From NCBI GenBank assembly GCA_040954595.2, contig CM082583.2:9871656-9935655 (forward strand): a DNA stretch of 64,000 nucleotides, in the 5' to 3' direction. Position numbers and translations under genes: made by a program. Positions 1 through 13,000 of the stretch are shown here, in pieces; the stretch's first letter is position 1, and every line of letters starts with the position of its first letter. This DNA is from Balanoglossus misakiensis (lineage: Eukaryota; Animalia; Hemichordata). The notes beneath the pieces are model-generated. The model made no database searches and was not told where the DNA came from. It saw only the letters and a program-made list of their open reading frames with translations.

Positions 1-442
1 GAACCCCTCTATCAGATTAAAAAGTAAATAATTATGACATTTGTATTACCTGCCTGCTGGCACTGATGCCAGAGTCATGAAATTATGTAGACTTTGCCTC
101 CAAATGGATGATTTCAAAGTTCTTAACTTTAAATGCTTGACATTGCTGGAATTAAAAGAAGATTGTGATCTTTAAGAAACAATGCAGGGGCTATATGTGG
201 CATATTTATTACTTGTAAAGGACCATGCTTTCAAAATAAGCTGTCGGCCAAATGTTTTTAGGGATAGTTAGGATTCTTATGTCAGGTAATAGGTGATTTA
301 ATTTTGCAATAATCACCAACAGTTAAACCACGCGTGGTACACGTGGTTGAACTGATAAAATGTTTTGATTAACAGTTAGATACAATGTGGAATGATGCCA
401 AAATGACTGCTAAATTCAGTGGGTGCATATTTTGTATTACAG

Positions 443-3400
443 AGGACAATACCACAGGATATCAGCCAAACAATCCTGCCTGGGCAAAGGAATGATATTT
501 ACAGAGCACTGGAACAAGAGTTCAGTTTGGAAGGAAGGGCGCCCCCACCAGTGCCAGAAAGTGCCAGGCCTAAACGCAATCTGCGAGGGTCTTGCTCATC
601 CACTGGTTCTGGTAGTTCCACTAGCACTGAGCAGAGACTGGGACGACTTTCAATGTCATCAACTGGATCTGGAGGCAGCTACAAGTCACAAGATCAAGAA
701 CAAAGTGTGAGTGTAATATATTTTTATAACAACAACAACAACAACAACAGTACCGTGTTTTGTTTTGCATGGACATATTCTTTTAAGAGATTGAAACTAT
801 TAATGGTAATACAATTAAAATAAATCCAATGTATTAAAGAAGGATGCCCTTCCATTATGTCAACAAGAGCTTATTGAAATCTGAAATACCAGTATGTTGG
901 CAGAGTAACTTGTTTGAGAACTTTTTAGTTTGATCCGTGCACTTTTTGAAAACTCACATGGGAGCCAAGTCGTCCAGTTTTGTATTCATTGAAGTTCGAA
1001 TGTAATTTAAATTTTCCATTGGCACTTTTCCTTCCAGGGTGATATCCGATATTATCCTGACCACATGAAGGATATCCACGAACCAACATGGTTTTTCCAG
1101 AAGATTTCCAGGACGGAGTCTGAAGAGATCTTGGAGAATAACAAGGACAAAGGTGACATCTTGATACGGAAGAGTGAAAGATATGCGGCTGAACTGGTCC
1201 TGTCAGCCATGCTATTTGTCTCTGGTAGACACGAAATCAGGCATTATCGCATTAAGAAGCAAGGAAAATTCTTCATTCTCGACATTGACGAGAAGGTTAG
1301 TTGACCAATTGGTTTGTCAATTGGTCACCTCTAATTTACATTTGCCTATATATGGTCAAAAGGGCGTGGATAACTGTCCAAATGACCTTTCGGTGATTGG
1401 CTATACATTGTATTTGGATTTTCCATGGAAACAGTAGTTAAATTTGCATATGTTCCCACTCCATTTAGCACATATACCAAAAAATATATGCAAAATAAAC
1501 AACCCACAAAATGCAACTTATTTCAATTTCAAGACTTAAAATTTATGATCTTTTTTCTGAATTTTTATTCTAGCATCCTCCAATTCTGAATCTGTACGAG
1601 CTACTGAACTACTTCATTCACAAAACGGGTGGATACCCAGTGCTTCGGCCATTGGTCACTAACGACCTCAGACAGCTGAAACTACCTCCTCATTTGTATG
1701 AACGTGGATTCAGTAAGTCAATAATTGTGCCAGAAATTGTTGAATTTTCATCAGCTGCAGTGTACCAGATGAGGCATGGTAGCTCTGATGGTAAATTATA
1801 GTGTCATTGCATGTTTTGTTTCAAATCCATTTAACGTCACTCAAATCTTGGTTGAAATCAATTAATTCGCCTCAAAAAATTCATAATATGGTGTTGTATG
1901 ACAGCTGGTCTAGTTCAAAAATCGAACTTCTTCCCTGTATTTTTCTAACCATATGATTATTTCATTACAATTTATAGTCACCAGAGCCGACAAAGATCCA
2001 GACAGTGGAGAGTGGGGTCCCAAACCGATACCTCCAGAGATTTACGAGCAAGCAGACTACTTATTACCTGAAGGTAATGTACTATAAAGGCATATGTGCT
2101 ACACAACCCAAATCAAAGAACTTTTGAAATGCCTTCCCAATTTGAAATTGCTCTTATCATAAAATCATCTTCGGTACCTGGTAACTCTAGACCATGAAAT
2201 GCCATGGTGTGACTGCATCGATCATTCTTGCAAATTTCCCATTTAGAACCAGAGCCAATTAAACAGCAACATGGTTCGCCACCTGCTCCAAGCTCAACAC
2301 AGTCCTACACTAAACAGGACCAGACACAAAAACCACCAGTCGCAGCCCCTGCTGGTCCAAGACAACTGGTAAGACTTTTAATGTAATACATGTATGTGTT
2401 GTTTCATTTACATTGCAGTTTAAATTGAACATGTACTGGCAAAATGATAAAAAAAATAATCTGCAGAAATCTTACATACATAACTTTTCCATGTTTAATA
2501 TTGCACACTTGACACCAATTTCTAGATTCCAAGGCCACAAGTCACCCTTGGAAGTGGGAAGCAAGTGCCACTGGACAAACCAATACCAGCCCCAGGAGCA
2601 AAAGTACAATCAACCAGCCAGCCTGATATTACGCCGTCAGAAGGAGAGTGTTATTACAACGCTGATGGCAAGTTTTATATGCTTTTTTTCCAGTGGAATT
2701 TGTCCCACCAGTTGATTACAAACTTTTTGGATTTCGCTTGACTGATGTATGGCATATTATATAGCTACAAGATGCTCAAACTACATTGATATAGAGATTA
2801 AACTTACACGTCCATTTTTTTAATATTTCAGCAATTCAGCTTCACCAACACATGAAAATGCCAAAGCCAATTACATCATCACATCCTTCTGACTTGATGT
2901 ACCAGAATCAGCCACCTCTACCACCAAGTAATAGAGGTATGTTCTGTTAGATAACTTCACAGCGTTGCAATTACAAGTTTTACATGCAATGATTTTAAGA
3001 TGATTGCCATCATTGCTTCATCCCATAATTTCCATGCTGACAGTTTTATGAAAAAGCATGTTAACTGTCAAATCATGCATATGTGTATGCATGCATGCAT
3101 GTAAATGCTTGTACATGTAAGATATATGAACCATCAAAAATGACTGTGGCAATTCAGCAGTGTACGTTTTTGCTGCCTAAAAATTGGCCAAATATAATGT
3201 CAACATCACAGCTTATAATTAAGTTTTGTGGATTGTCTGCTTGCAATAATGAAATATATGCATGGCTCATCCTCGCTCCCATTGTGTTTGTGTGTTCGTT
3301 TGCCCATTTAGATTCACCAGTAAATTGTGGCACGATACCTGCGCCACCACCAGTACACACCATACCCATGCGCAAAACACCAACATCACAGGCTCCATTC

Positions 3401-4073
3401 GAAACACAGCAGCAACAACTACAAGCAGCAGACGAATTGTATCAAACAGTCGCATCCATGTCACAGTCAGAACACACAGCTTCATCGCAATCAGAGGAAA
3501 GTCATGCACCTCTGTGTCAGCAGGTTGCATCAGCCATAGCAGGGTGTAAGTACATGAAGTGAAGTATAAAGTTAGATTGCAGCTATAATTTCTCTCATGC
3601 ACGGCAGTCTTAATTAACTTGTACATTTTATTTTGCAACTTTTTACTTACATGTAGGTATTGCAATATGCATAATACAAAACTCTGCCAGTTTCTTATGT
3701 CGACACAGACTAATTTTGGGTACCAAACTTATAAAAAATGTAATGTATCTCTGTTCTCTTTATCAACAGTGAAACCAGTGAACAAGCGAGTTCAACAACA
3801 AACACAGGCTGTCTCTCAGCAGGCCCGTAAGTAAAAAAAAATCATTACGAACACTCAAGTTTAAAACTATAGCTCTCAAGTAGTCCAGTATCCTGTAACC
3901 AGTTTATTAGACTCTATATTTTCTCTGTAATCATTTGTTTTCATCAAATTAATTCAATTTTTTCTTGTGGTGTATACTAACATTTTTTTTTCATCTTCTA
4001 CCTCACAGAAGCTCTTACCAATGAATTAGCAAATGCACTGGCTAGACGTAAGAAAGCTACAGAAGAAGAATGA
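443..4073 (+). CDS. STAP: STAP-family (signal-transducing adaptor) SH2 protein, 3' part; the PH-domain exons lie upstream of the window
   Basis: Phase-consistent exons 443-706, 1038-1295, 1574-1712, 1978-2073, 2247-2368, 2526-2667, 2832-2936, 3312-3545, 3770-3826, 4009-4073. Contains the post-PH motif TIPQDISQTILPGQ (cf. STAP1 VPQNVSLLPGQ), an SH2-like segment WFFQKISRTESEEILE...GDILIRKS...IRHYRI...LYELLNYFIHKTGG, a Pro-rich region and YxxQ motifs (YTKQ, YQNQ). Confidence 0.8.
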
Positions 4074-4226
4074 ACTGTAAAAATTACCCAAAAAAAAGAC
4101 TAAATCAAAGAAGATCAGGACTTCATTTTATCTATGTTAATGTAATACACTGAGTGTATCATATATGTATGTACTGTTGTACTGTACCCGGAAACGATTA
4201 ACAGAAACTCCTGTACTGGTTGTTAG

Positions 4227-4387
4227 GTAGCCATAGCAACTGCAGTGGCTGCACCATTTATCATGAAAAACTACCAGGGTAGTCTAAGAAGTGGATTGTA
4301 GTGGTGGCCATGGAAACTAGTCACAGAAGGTTCTGTACTTGTCATGGAAACGTTGAAACTCACAGCACTCATGGTTGTCATGGAAAC
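4227..4387. promoter_or_regulatory. Cluster of RFX X-box-like palindromes
   Basis: GTAGCCATAGCAAC 4227-4240, GTGGCCATGGAAAC 4304-4317, CTTGTCATGGAAAC 4338-4351, GTTGTCATGGAAAC 4374-4387. Confidence 0.4.
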
Positions 4388-5222
4388 TACAACAACATAT
4401 ATGATCAGTGTCACTTTGACTATATATATATTAATGGATTGTGCACAAATATTTACATGGAACAGTGTGCTTAAAATATATGTATATATTGATAACTTTG
4501 CATTTTGTGAAAAAAATACATACCATCACTTTATTTGTAAATCTGCAGATTCAAGTCACTACATTTGTTTTGCTCAAGAGAAGTTTGAATCATTCACAAG
4601 GTTGTCTCAGGAATTAACATAAAAAGTGGAATGTTAACTAGAATTTTATTTTTGAGAGTACATGTACAATAGCACAAGTAACAATATTACGATGCCTGTA
4701 GCCAGCAGGATCTTTAACCTGAAGTCACGTACATGATATGGATTGCAGTCTGTATCATATATATGTCTCATGTTAAATTTTTAATGATTTTTTTTGCAAT
4801 ACTAACTCTTAACCAGAGGGTAATGTTCCTCTTTAAAAAATCCTGATTATCAAGAGCAGTGCAGTAGCTACTGATAATATTTTTTCAATTATTATTATTG
4901 TTGTTTATGGGTTCTTTATATGGGTATAAAATTATGTTAAGGTCAGTATTTACCCACCAGGATTTTAGTTTGGTACGATTCTTGTAGGATGTTTTCTACT
5001 GAATTTGACAAATTAAAGGATGACTGTATAGCACTATGACGACATCTGTGATCTTAGTATGCTAAACAACTTCTCAGTCACATCAACCAATCACGAGCTT
5101 CATAAAATGCACCTGGTGAATGACACATTTTGATTGGCTAGTTGTCAGCTAGTTCATTCGTCAGATGGTCAGTGAGGTGCCATTTCCATCATTCCGTACA
5201 CAGTCTTTGAGGTGAACACATC

Positions 5223-5900
5223 ATGGCTGAAAGTAGTGACAACAACGACCTATTTTCATTACCCTGAGAAATTTCAGAGAACCAAGTGGAAGTGAAGGTC
5301 ATGCCTGTGACGATATGGTCTGGATTTTCCAAGGATATGGTAGCATCATTTAAGAGAATGTACATAAAACCTCCGGTCATGGAAAGTGACTTGACGAAAT
5401 CAAGGTCTGCCTTGGCTCCTGGCTTAGAGCCCCGGTAAGTAACATTTTTCTGCCATGTTTTCTCTCGAAACATTTAAATTTAAAATTATTCTATTGATTA
5501 GGAATTTTCTATTGTACTTCAGCAAGGTACATGTACTTGCTTCGAAACCGTGTGCCAGGTAGAAATGAAACTCCATGCAACCAAAGGTTGAACCCAGGGC
5601 AGAGCTAACAGACAAAGATGGCCGACCAAGTATAGTATGTGCACCTGGATGCATGGAAGGGTCATAACAATGGCTGACTGTTCATGTAGATAGTTGTGTC
5701 GAGTGGTAAGGATTGATGGGAGCCATATTGTTTCATCTCACAAATAATCTTTGTGGAGAGATCTAAGCATTTCATCTGAGCCCTCTGTACATGTCAAGAA
5801 AACCATAAGAAAGTAGAGGAAACGACTAGCTAAAATCTAAGAGACTCTCAAGTCAGAAATAGACAACTGAAGAACAGATGCAAAGTCATAATTCTCTTAT
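5223..5900 (+). pseudogene. Probable spliced pseudogene or lncRNA between STAP and UBA6
   Basis: Opposed CCAAT boxes near 5087 and 5132. ATG at 5223; the frame is open to a CG|GTAAGT donor at 5435 except for one TGA (5265-5267). 88-bp GT-AG intron 5435-5522. The second exon has several in-frame stops. The 3' end is approximate. Confidence 0.35.
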
Positions 5901-7086
5901 CACAAAGATGTGTTTGAGAAGCATTCCATGATTTGGATATATGAACAAAAAACAGATTACAGTTCATGAAGTTACTGTGATTTTAATTTATTTATCATCA
6001 CGATATTTACATTGTAATTTCGACATACATGGTGAGTTCCTGTTGGCCTACCTACAGAATATCAACAAATATGAAAATACAAAGTTTTGCAGACAGAAAA
6101 AAAAGGTAACAATCGCATACTAGTTCTGTGTCACATAATTAGTTGACATCAATTTGCAAAACAACAAAAAGCGCAGATGAATGTTTTGATTACATGACGC
6201 ATATGATAAGGTGAAAATGGTTTGTGATACATTAGCACAATGTTCATTAAGTTCTCTGACACTGACCTAAGCTATACTGGTACTTATTGGTCCACATGAT
6301 AATTCAATAGAAGTTGTACAGTCCAAAGGTTGACACAAACAGGTCCCTGATCTAACACATGATTATGTATTTAAAGTGCTCAGTTGTTATTGCAGGAACA
6401 TATCTCAAATGGTGAAAAAGTTATAATTTTGTGACTGCTGATTGATTCACCTGCAGATATTAATTTAATCCTAAATACATTGAGAATCATTACGTCAAGT
6501 CTTTTATGGGTATTTTATTAACAATATCATGTCTACATGCAATACAAAGCACTTTCTTAATACATGATTTACATACAAAAATAAGGATATAATCAAATAG
6601 TACATCAATCATTTTATTCTTGATTATAATTGCACTTTTCATGAAATATTCTGATCATTGAACATGTAAAGCCTGTGTCCCTTATACTGTCTTGGAAAGA
6701 ATTTCAAGTATGTAGCTACAAATGTTGTGCTTTGTATACTACTATAACTACTCTTTCCTGAAGCTGTTTGTGTTTCTATCAAAGACATACATGTCTGATG
6801 AAAACTTAGGATACATGCCCAAAAAAATCCATGACACAGTGTGTGACGTTGATAACTGTTGTCTTTCTGTTACATTAACTTGATTTGTGTGAATTCTAAA
6901 GTTACAAGACACTCAAGACTGCGGCAGAAACTTGTAAGAGACTGAAGTCAGAGAATTGTTTCTCCTCCGTAAAAGCAATACTTCACAACGTTAGGACTGA
7001 TTTACAAGTAAGAGAATTGGGGATACTTCTGCTTCTCATTGTTTATTACATTGTTTATTACATGTAATCTCAGAAGAGATATGTTT

Positions 7087-10000
7087 CTACTTTGTGAAAA
7101 AATATCTCACGGGTGGGCCTGGGATGTCATCTTCAGAATCACCAGCAAACGCCACCGTAAGATCCACATACTTCTGCCCAACTGTTGGTTTCAGAAGTTT
7201 TACCATTCTGTTGAGAGTGAAAGAATTTTGTTAGATTTGACATTATAATGCACCATTCTCTCTATGCCTTCCATGAAAAGAATTCCAAAACGACAAAATG
7301 CAAAAAAGAAAACCAACTTACGTTTGAGGCAATCTCTTTATATGACCAGGCATGATAGGGACGTATATCATTTTTACACCGTGAACAATCATTGAAGTCT
7401 CAAAATTGTGTTTGTCCTACAGAAGAAAAGGTATAATCGTTACAGTTAATTGGGCCAGAGTTGAACAGAGACCATTGGCATACACTGTGCTGACTGTACA
7501 CATCTTTATGGTACCTACAACCAACACATGGTTCTGGCCAATCCATTGTTGTCTATGGTGAACATGGACCTCTACAGTGGAAAACAGGGGTGACAGGTTG
7601 AAAAATATTCAGGGGGTGACACAGGCTTACCTTGAAATACTTGAGGAAGTCTTTCAGCTTGAAATCTTTGTGACCCTGTACTTCCCATTTGTCCCACAGT
7701 GTAAATGACAAACCTGGTTTGATCTGAGTCCTCTCAACCTCACCAGGCTCTGAGAAGATCACTGATGGTAAAGCCAAGTTCAGGAAACCATTCTTGTAAT
7801 GTTCCAAAGGTGACTTCTTCACTACTTTTATCAATTCCACTGTGACCTGAAAAAAAGATCAAACAAATGATATGAATAAGGCTGGCTTTAATAACTCTGT
7901 ATGAAATACATGTACCAAATACATGATTGTACTATATGTATACATAAATGAAGACCACAAATTGAAATAACTGAACAAAATCTGTAATTTAATAGTAGAC
8001 TATCAAAAAATCTTGCACTTACCAATCCAGCCACTGCAGCAGTTGTCGTCGCTATGGCAGGTACGATTCTACCCGCTATTCTCTTGGTTTTCAATCTGTC
8101 TGCGCTTTCTATGCTGTACATAGTAGCCCTTAGATTGGATGCTGCTGTCATGAAATCTATATGACCGTTGGTGTCATCATCTTTTTCAAAGATAACTGGC
8201 TTGGCTAGAAGTAGTTCTGTAATGACAATTTATGGTTTATAAAATGTGACAGTGTCGTAATTAAACTAAATGTATTGGCTGGGATCCCAAACTTTTCACT
8301 GATTCTTAACATTTGAACTTACCAGGCTTTGTTTTGCCTTCTTTAATAAGAGCAGATAATGTTGTTGCACACTGTTCAACATCATCACTATATACAGAAC
8401 TTTCTGAAGGTTTCTTAGCTGACTCATCAGTCTCTATTCTCTGGAGAAGAAAAAAAAAAGAGAATTGAACACAAGCACCATAAAATGTCAATTACTTACA
8501 AATTGGTCAGTAGAAGCCTCTGATGGAAAACCTCATATCATCTTATACTGACCTTTGACGATGGAACAAATTCAGGAACCTGTACATCAGCTAGGTGTTT
8601 CCTAACGTTATCTTCTTCTAAATCAGCATTGTTCACTTTGATGCCATAGATATAGGCCAACAGCTTTGACAAACTTAATACAAATTGGAAATGTCTGAAA
8701 CGAAAAAGCAGACAGTAAAACAGGACTGTACAGTAATTACAGTGTGATGTTCAATTCTTTATATTTAATATGATGTTTTAATTACAAAAATTTTAATACA
8801 TGTATTTTACTTACAATGGATCATTGATATCGTATTCTACTGGTGCCGGTGGTCTCTTGGGTGATTGCCAGAATGGCGCTGAGAAAACAAAATGAAGTAC
8901 ATGTATATTAGTGTTTTTCAGAGTTTTTCTTTGGACAGTGGAGTGGTAAAAAGAGGGGCTAAAGGTCAAGCAAGATGAATGGTTCAGACTTTTGCCCCAG
9001 GTATTGTTGAGTTATTCAGGTATGCATTTCATTAGATCAATAACATACGTGCATGGTCCCTGCAAAACATCACGTCCTGGAATATTTGGTATGTGTCAAA
9101 TTTGACATCAACCTACAGTTAACAATGCTAGCTATCTGGTGCAGGGACTAGTTAAATAGAACCGTACTTTGTTTTGTTTTTTTCCATGAGGGCGCTGTTG
9201 CGCTACCACTATCAACCAGAAAAAAATCCAATGCAGTCACTTACTTCCATCTTTTAGCTTGGTATCCACTGGAAATGCATGTAATAGATTCTTTGCCTTG
9301 AAATTGAAATACTTCTCAAATTTTATCCTCGAGATTTGAACACAGTCTGCCCAGGTGTGGGGTCTCTGTCTCAAGATCTTAACAGCTTGTACACAACCCT
9401 CTATTTGGTGGCCATCATTTAATTCCTGCGAAGTAAAGATTATAAACAGAAGTAAGGGATCACCTTGTAATTGTACTCACAGGAACTGATGGTTGAGATC
9501 ACCACAACCAAACACAAAGCAGAACGCTATCACAGAAATTGATTATTTTAGATTCTGATCAGATGGACACTTACTTGCACAACATTCCCTGGGTTGGGGT
9601 TACAACTCCAGAACTTTGTAAATGCAGCTGGTTTCTGAGACAGCAAACTCTCAAACTGAAGAACAAGAACAGAGATGATATTGATCCAAAATTCAAGAAA
9701 AGATGGTCAAATTGGATTATAAAGCATAGTCATAGTGTCATTTCTTTATGTTGGTCATCATTCAATGGATGTAGGGTGCCGAAATATGAGGATAATGTAA
9801 TGTGATGTGATGTAACATAAAGCAATACCTTTTCTCTGGCCCACTGTATCGTATGTTCTATGGTTGCTGGGAATGATTTGAGAGTACAATATGGCACATC
9901 TTTATCCTGTGGATCTTGCTGACTGGCATAGGATTCTGTTAAATGAGGTACAATCACTTGCACATGGCCCTTAGCACCCATTGTCCCTGATTCCAATAAT

Positions 10001-13000
10001 GCCCGCTGATTGGTCACACATCGGCTGTGAAGAAATATATTTTTGTTTCAGTCTCTTTTTGAGTAATATAATTGAAATCTTAATAGTCAATTATATGACT
10101 TGTTTCCATTATTTCCTTATAAACACCTTTCTGCATAGCCAACATGTTTCTATAAAACAATACATACCTGTCAACGTATCTCCTTGCTTCAACATTATCA
10201 AGTGCATTGACTACGAGATCTTGCTTTCCAAAAAATTCATCATTGTACATCTTTTGTTCAGACTGGGGACAAACTGCAATAAACACATCAAAACTCCTTA
10301 GCACCAAACATGTTAGCGTTCCGACAGGAACTACGTATTTGGATGTCAATGTCTTCAAATCATGTAGAATTGTGTGTACATGTAATTTGATTACTAAGGG
10401 GTGCAGTTTGACTAAGTGTGCAAACTTCACAATCCTGCCGTCAAGCTCAAACACTACATATGATAAAGCATGTACATTGAAAACTAGCAAATAAACTTGT
10501 CATCTTACCTTTATGTTGCTGTGCCTCTATGGATAACCCTGAAACCAAACACAATTTGTATGGTTTACAATACTGTTTCATGCTAAAACTTACTTGGCAC
10601 AAATCTGAATGACTAACTATATTTTTGATACATCATGTTAGTATGTCTGAACAGGCATGTGATGACAATGGTGGAGGCATCACACTATTATAAAGTTTAT
10701 AAATTTTACCTGGGTTTATTTCAAGAGTTGACTGAGCCGCTGTGCATGATTTGGGTTTCTGAAAGAAAATACATGCCATACTTATTTCGGGTAAAAGCCA
10801 AGACCAGAATCAATTTATTTTTCTTCTCGGCCTAATATATTGACACAGCTGCCACGGTGCATTTTGTCTAGGTTAGTTCAGAGGGAAATGGGTGGGGGCG
10901 GGGGTGGGGGGTAAATGCACAGATGCTTAGTACATGTACATACCTGTATGTGACGTGGTCTGAACAGGAACTGTCTGTTGAGGTTTGATTTCTCTATAAG
11001 ATCATTATCCGTAATTGTTATCTGTAGACAAAAGACAATACGAATGTTATTGTTTTGAAGGATGGAAAGGGGTTTTTACATGTACACTCGAGAACACCTT
11101 GTCAATACTGCTTTATTCCCCAGACAGGTCATTTGTGGCACTCTCCTCTGGTGAAGTACGGCAGATGATAGTAATCATGTCATCATTAATGATTGTTATC
11201 TGTCATCATTTGTCTAAGAGCGTCACATAGTCTCCCTGTGAACCCGTTTGATTTTCACAGCATGGAGAAAGAGTCTGACGTCTCACCAATCCATCTGGGG
11301 ATGATGCAATGCCAAGCATGGCGTAGTTCTTCAACATCTCACATCCTATTGCGCCGCATCCTACCATGAATAAACGCAGTTTTGCCAGCTGCTGGCAGAG
11401 ATGCTCTCCGATGCAGATCCGCAAGCCATCATACCTATTTTCCCTGAAATTAGAGACACTATCGTCATTATTACTGCTGTTTGGTAATAGTGAAACAGGA
11501 AACATCTCTGGTGTCTACACCTATCATCTCAACAGCTCTCTTTCAAATCAACAAAAAGCAATCAGCATAGCTTTAGCGATTAAGGTATGTCATATATTTT
11601 CAATTATATGACATACCTTACTTATGTTATTCATTATTGCATAAAGTAGTAAAAAAAATGGTCTACCTGAGTTGGAATGCTTGAGAATCTACTGGCTTAT
11701 CACTGGGTATGACTTCACATGCATCAAGATAAAACTAGGAAGAAAAGTGAAATTGCAAGATATTAAAAACATGATTGTATGAATAATAAGTGAAGTAAAG
11801 AGTGACTTCTGTAGACAGGGGAGTTTTGCTGCATGACTTAACATTAATGCAATATATAGCCATATTTTAGAATACTTAGCTATTTTTGTAAAATAATTAA
11901 TGCAGGTATGTTATATTCAGTAGAGAGCTTACCCACTGATTGAGGGGTGTAAATTTTCCAGTCAAGCCTTTCAATCCTTCCTGTGCAACAACTCCACCTA
12001 AGGCTGCTGCCAACGGAGCAAAGCAACCCTCACACGTGTATGCCAAGTTTGTCAACAACTCTGTATTCACTGGCTCCACACTATTCACAAGTTTTTTGTT
12101 CAGAGATTTGGCGATCTCAATCAAGTCCTCAGCATCTCCTTCATTCCTGGGTGGAAAAATGTAAACTGTGTTATGAATAACATGATTTAAGGAATATCCA
12201 TCACCTCTACATGTAATTGACACAGGACTAAATGTATGTCTAGATGGATTATGAATATATTCATGTAAAGCAACACTGATATCACAAGTGCCCTCCCAAT
12301 GGTGATTTGAGTACAATGCCTCAAAGTGTGTTACATACCAAATTCTAGGCAGTCTTTGATGTTGTTCGCGATACTGATGTAGTGCATACATTCCTAGATG
12401 GATGTTCTGTGGTGCATCCATTTTACTTAGATCTGCAACCAGTATGGATGGATTCAACAGTTGTTTCTCAAGAGATTCCTGCAAGATCCATGCATTTACA
12501 ATCAATCAATCAATCAATCAATCAAAGACCTCAACAATGCCGTTAATGCACAAAACATTGTCTGATAAAACATGTCAATGCTAGCCCCAGTCATCTCAGA
12601 AAAAAAGTAGACCAGAAACTTACAAAAGAGAGCACCGCTGATTGTTTCACTTCTGTACATCTTCCGCCAGTTACATAATTGTCAAAATCAGGTCCACTTG
12701 TATCACAGATGGTAAATGCATATGGTGACACCACTGGTAATGATAAAACAGAAAAGAGCAGTGTTAGACGGGCAGACAGACTGGTAATTTAGGCCACCTC
12801 CATGCCTCTGGTACATGGTGTCCCCAAAGGACAAAATTTGCAATCTTTCAATACTATTTTGGCCTTATTTCATGTGAGAACTTCTGCTGATACCTGAGAA
12901 CCAGAGAATGCTTACCTGTAATTTTCTGCAAGGTGCCATTCAACTTGGTCATTCCTTCAACTTCTTTAAAAATTACCATATTTCCAGATTCCAATCCATG

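Noticed and set aside
320-354. Small intronic hairpins (320-354, also 1302-1327 and 20921-20945)
   Set aside because: Too short for pre-miRNAs and no TSDs; cannot be distinguished from chance or repeat remnants.
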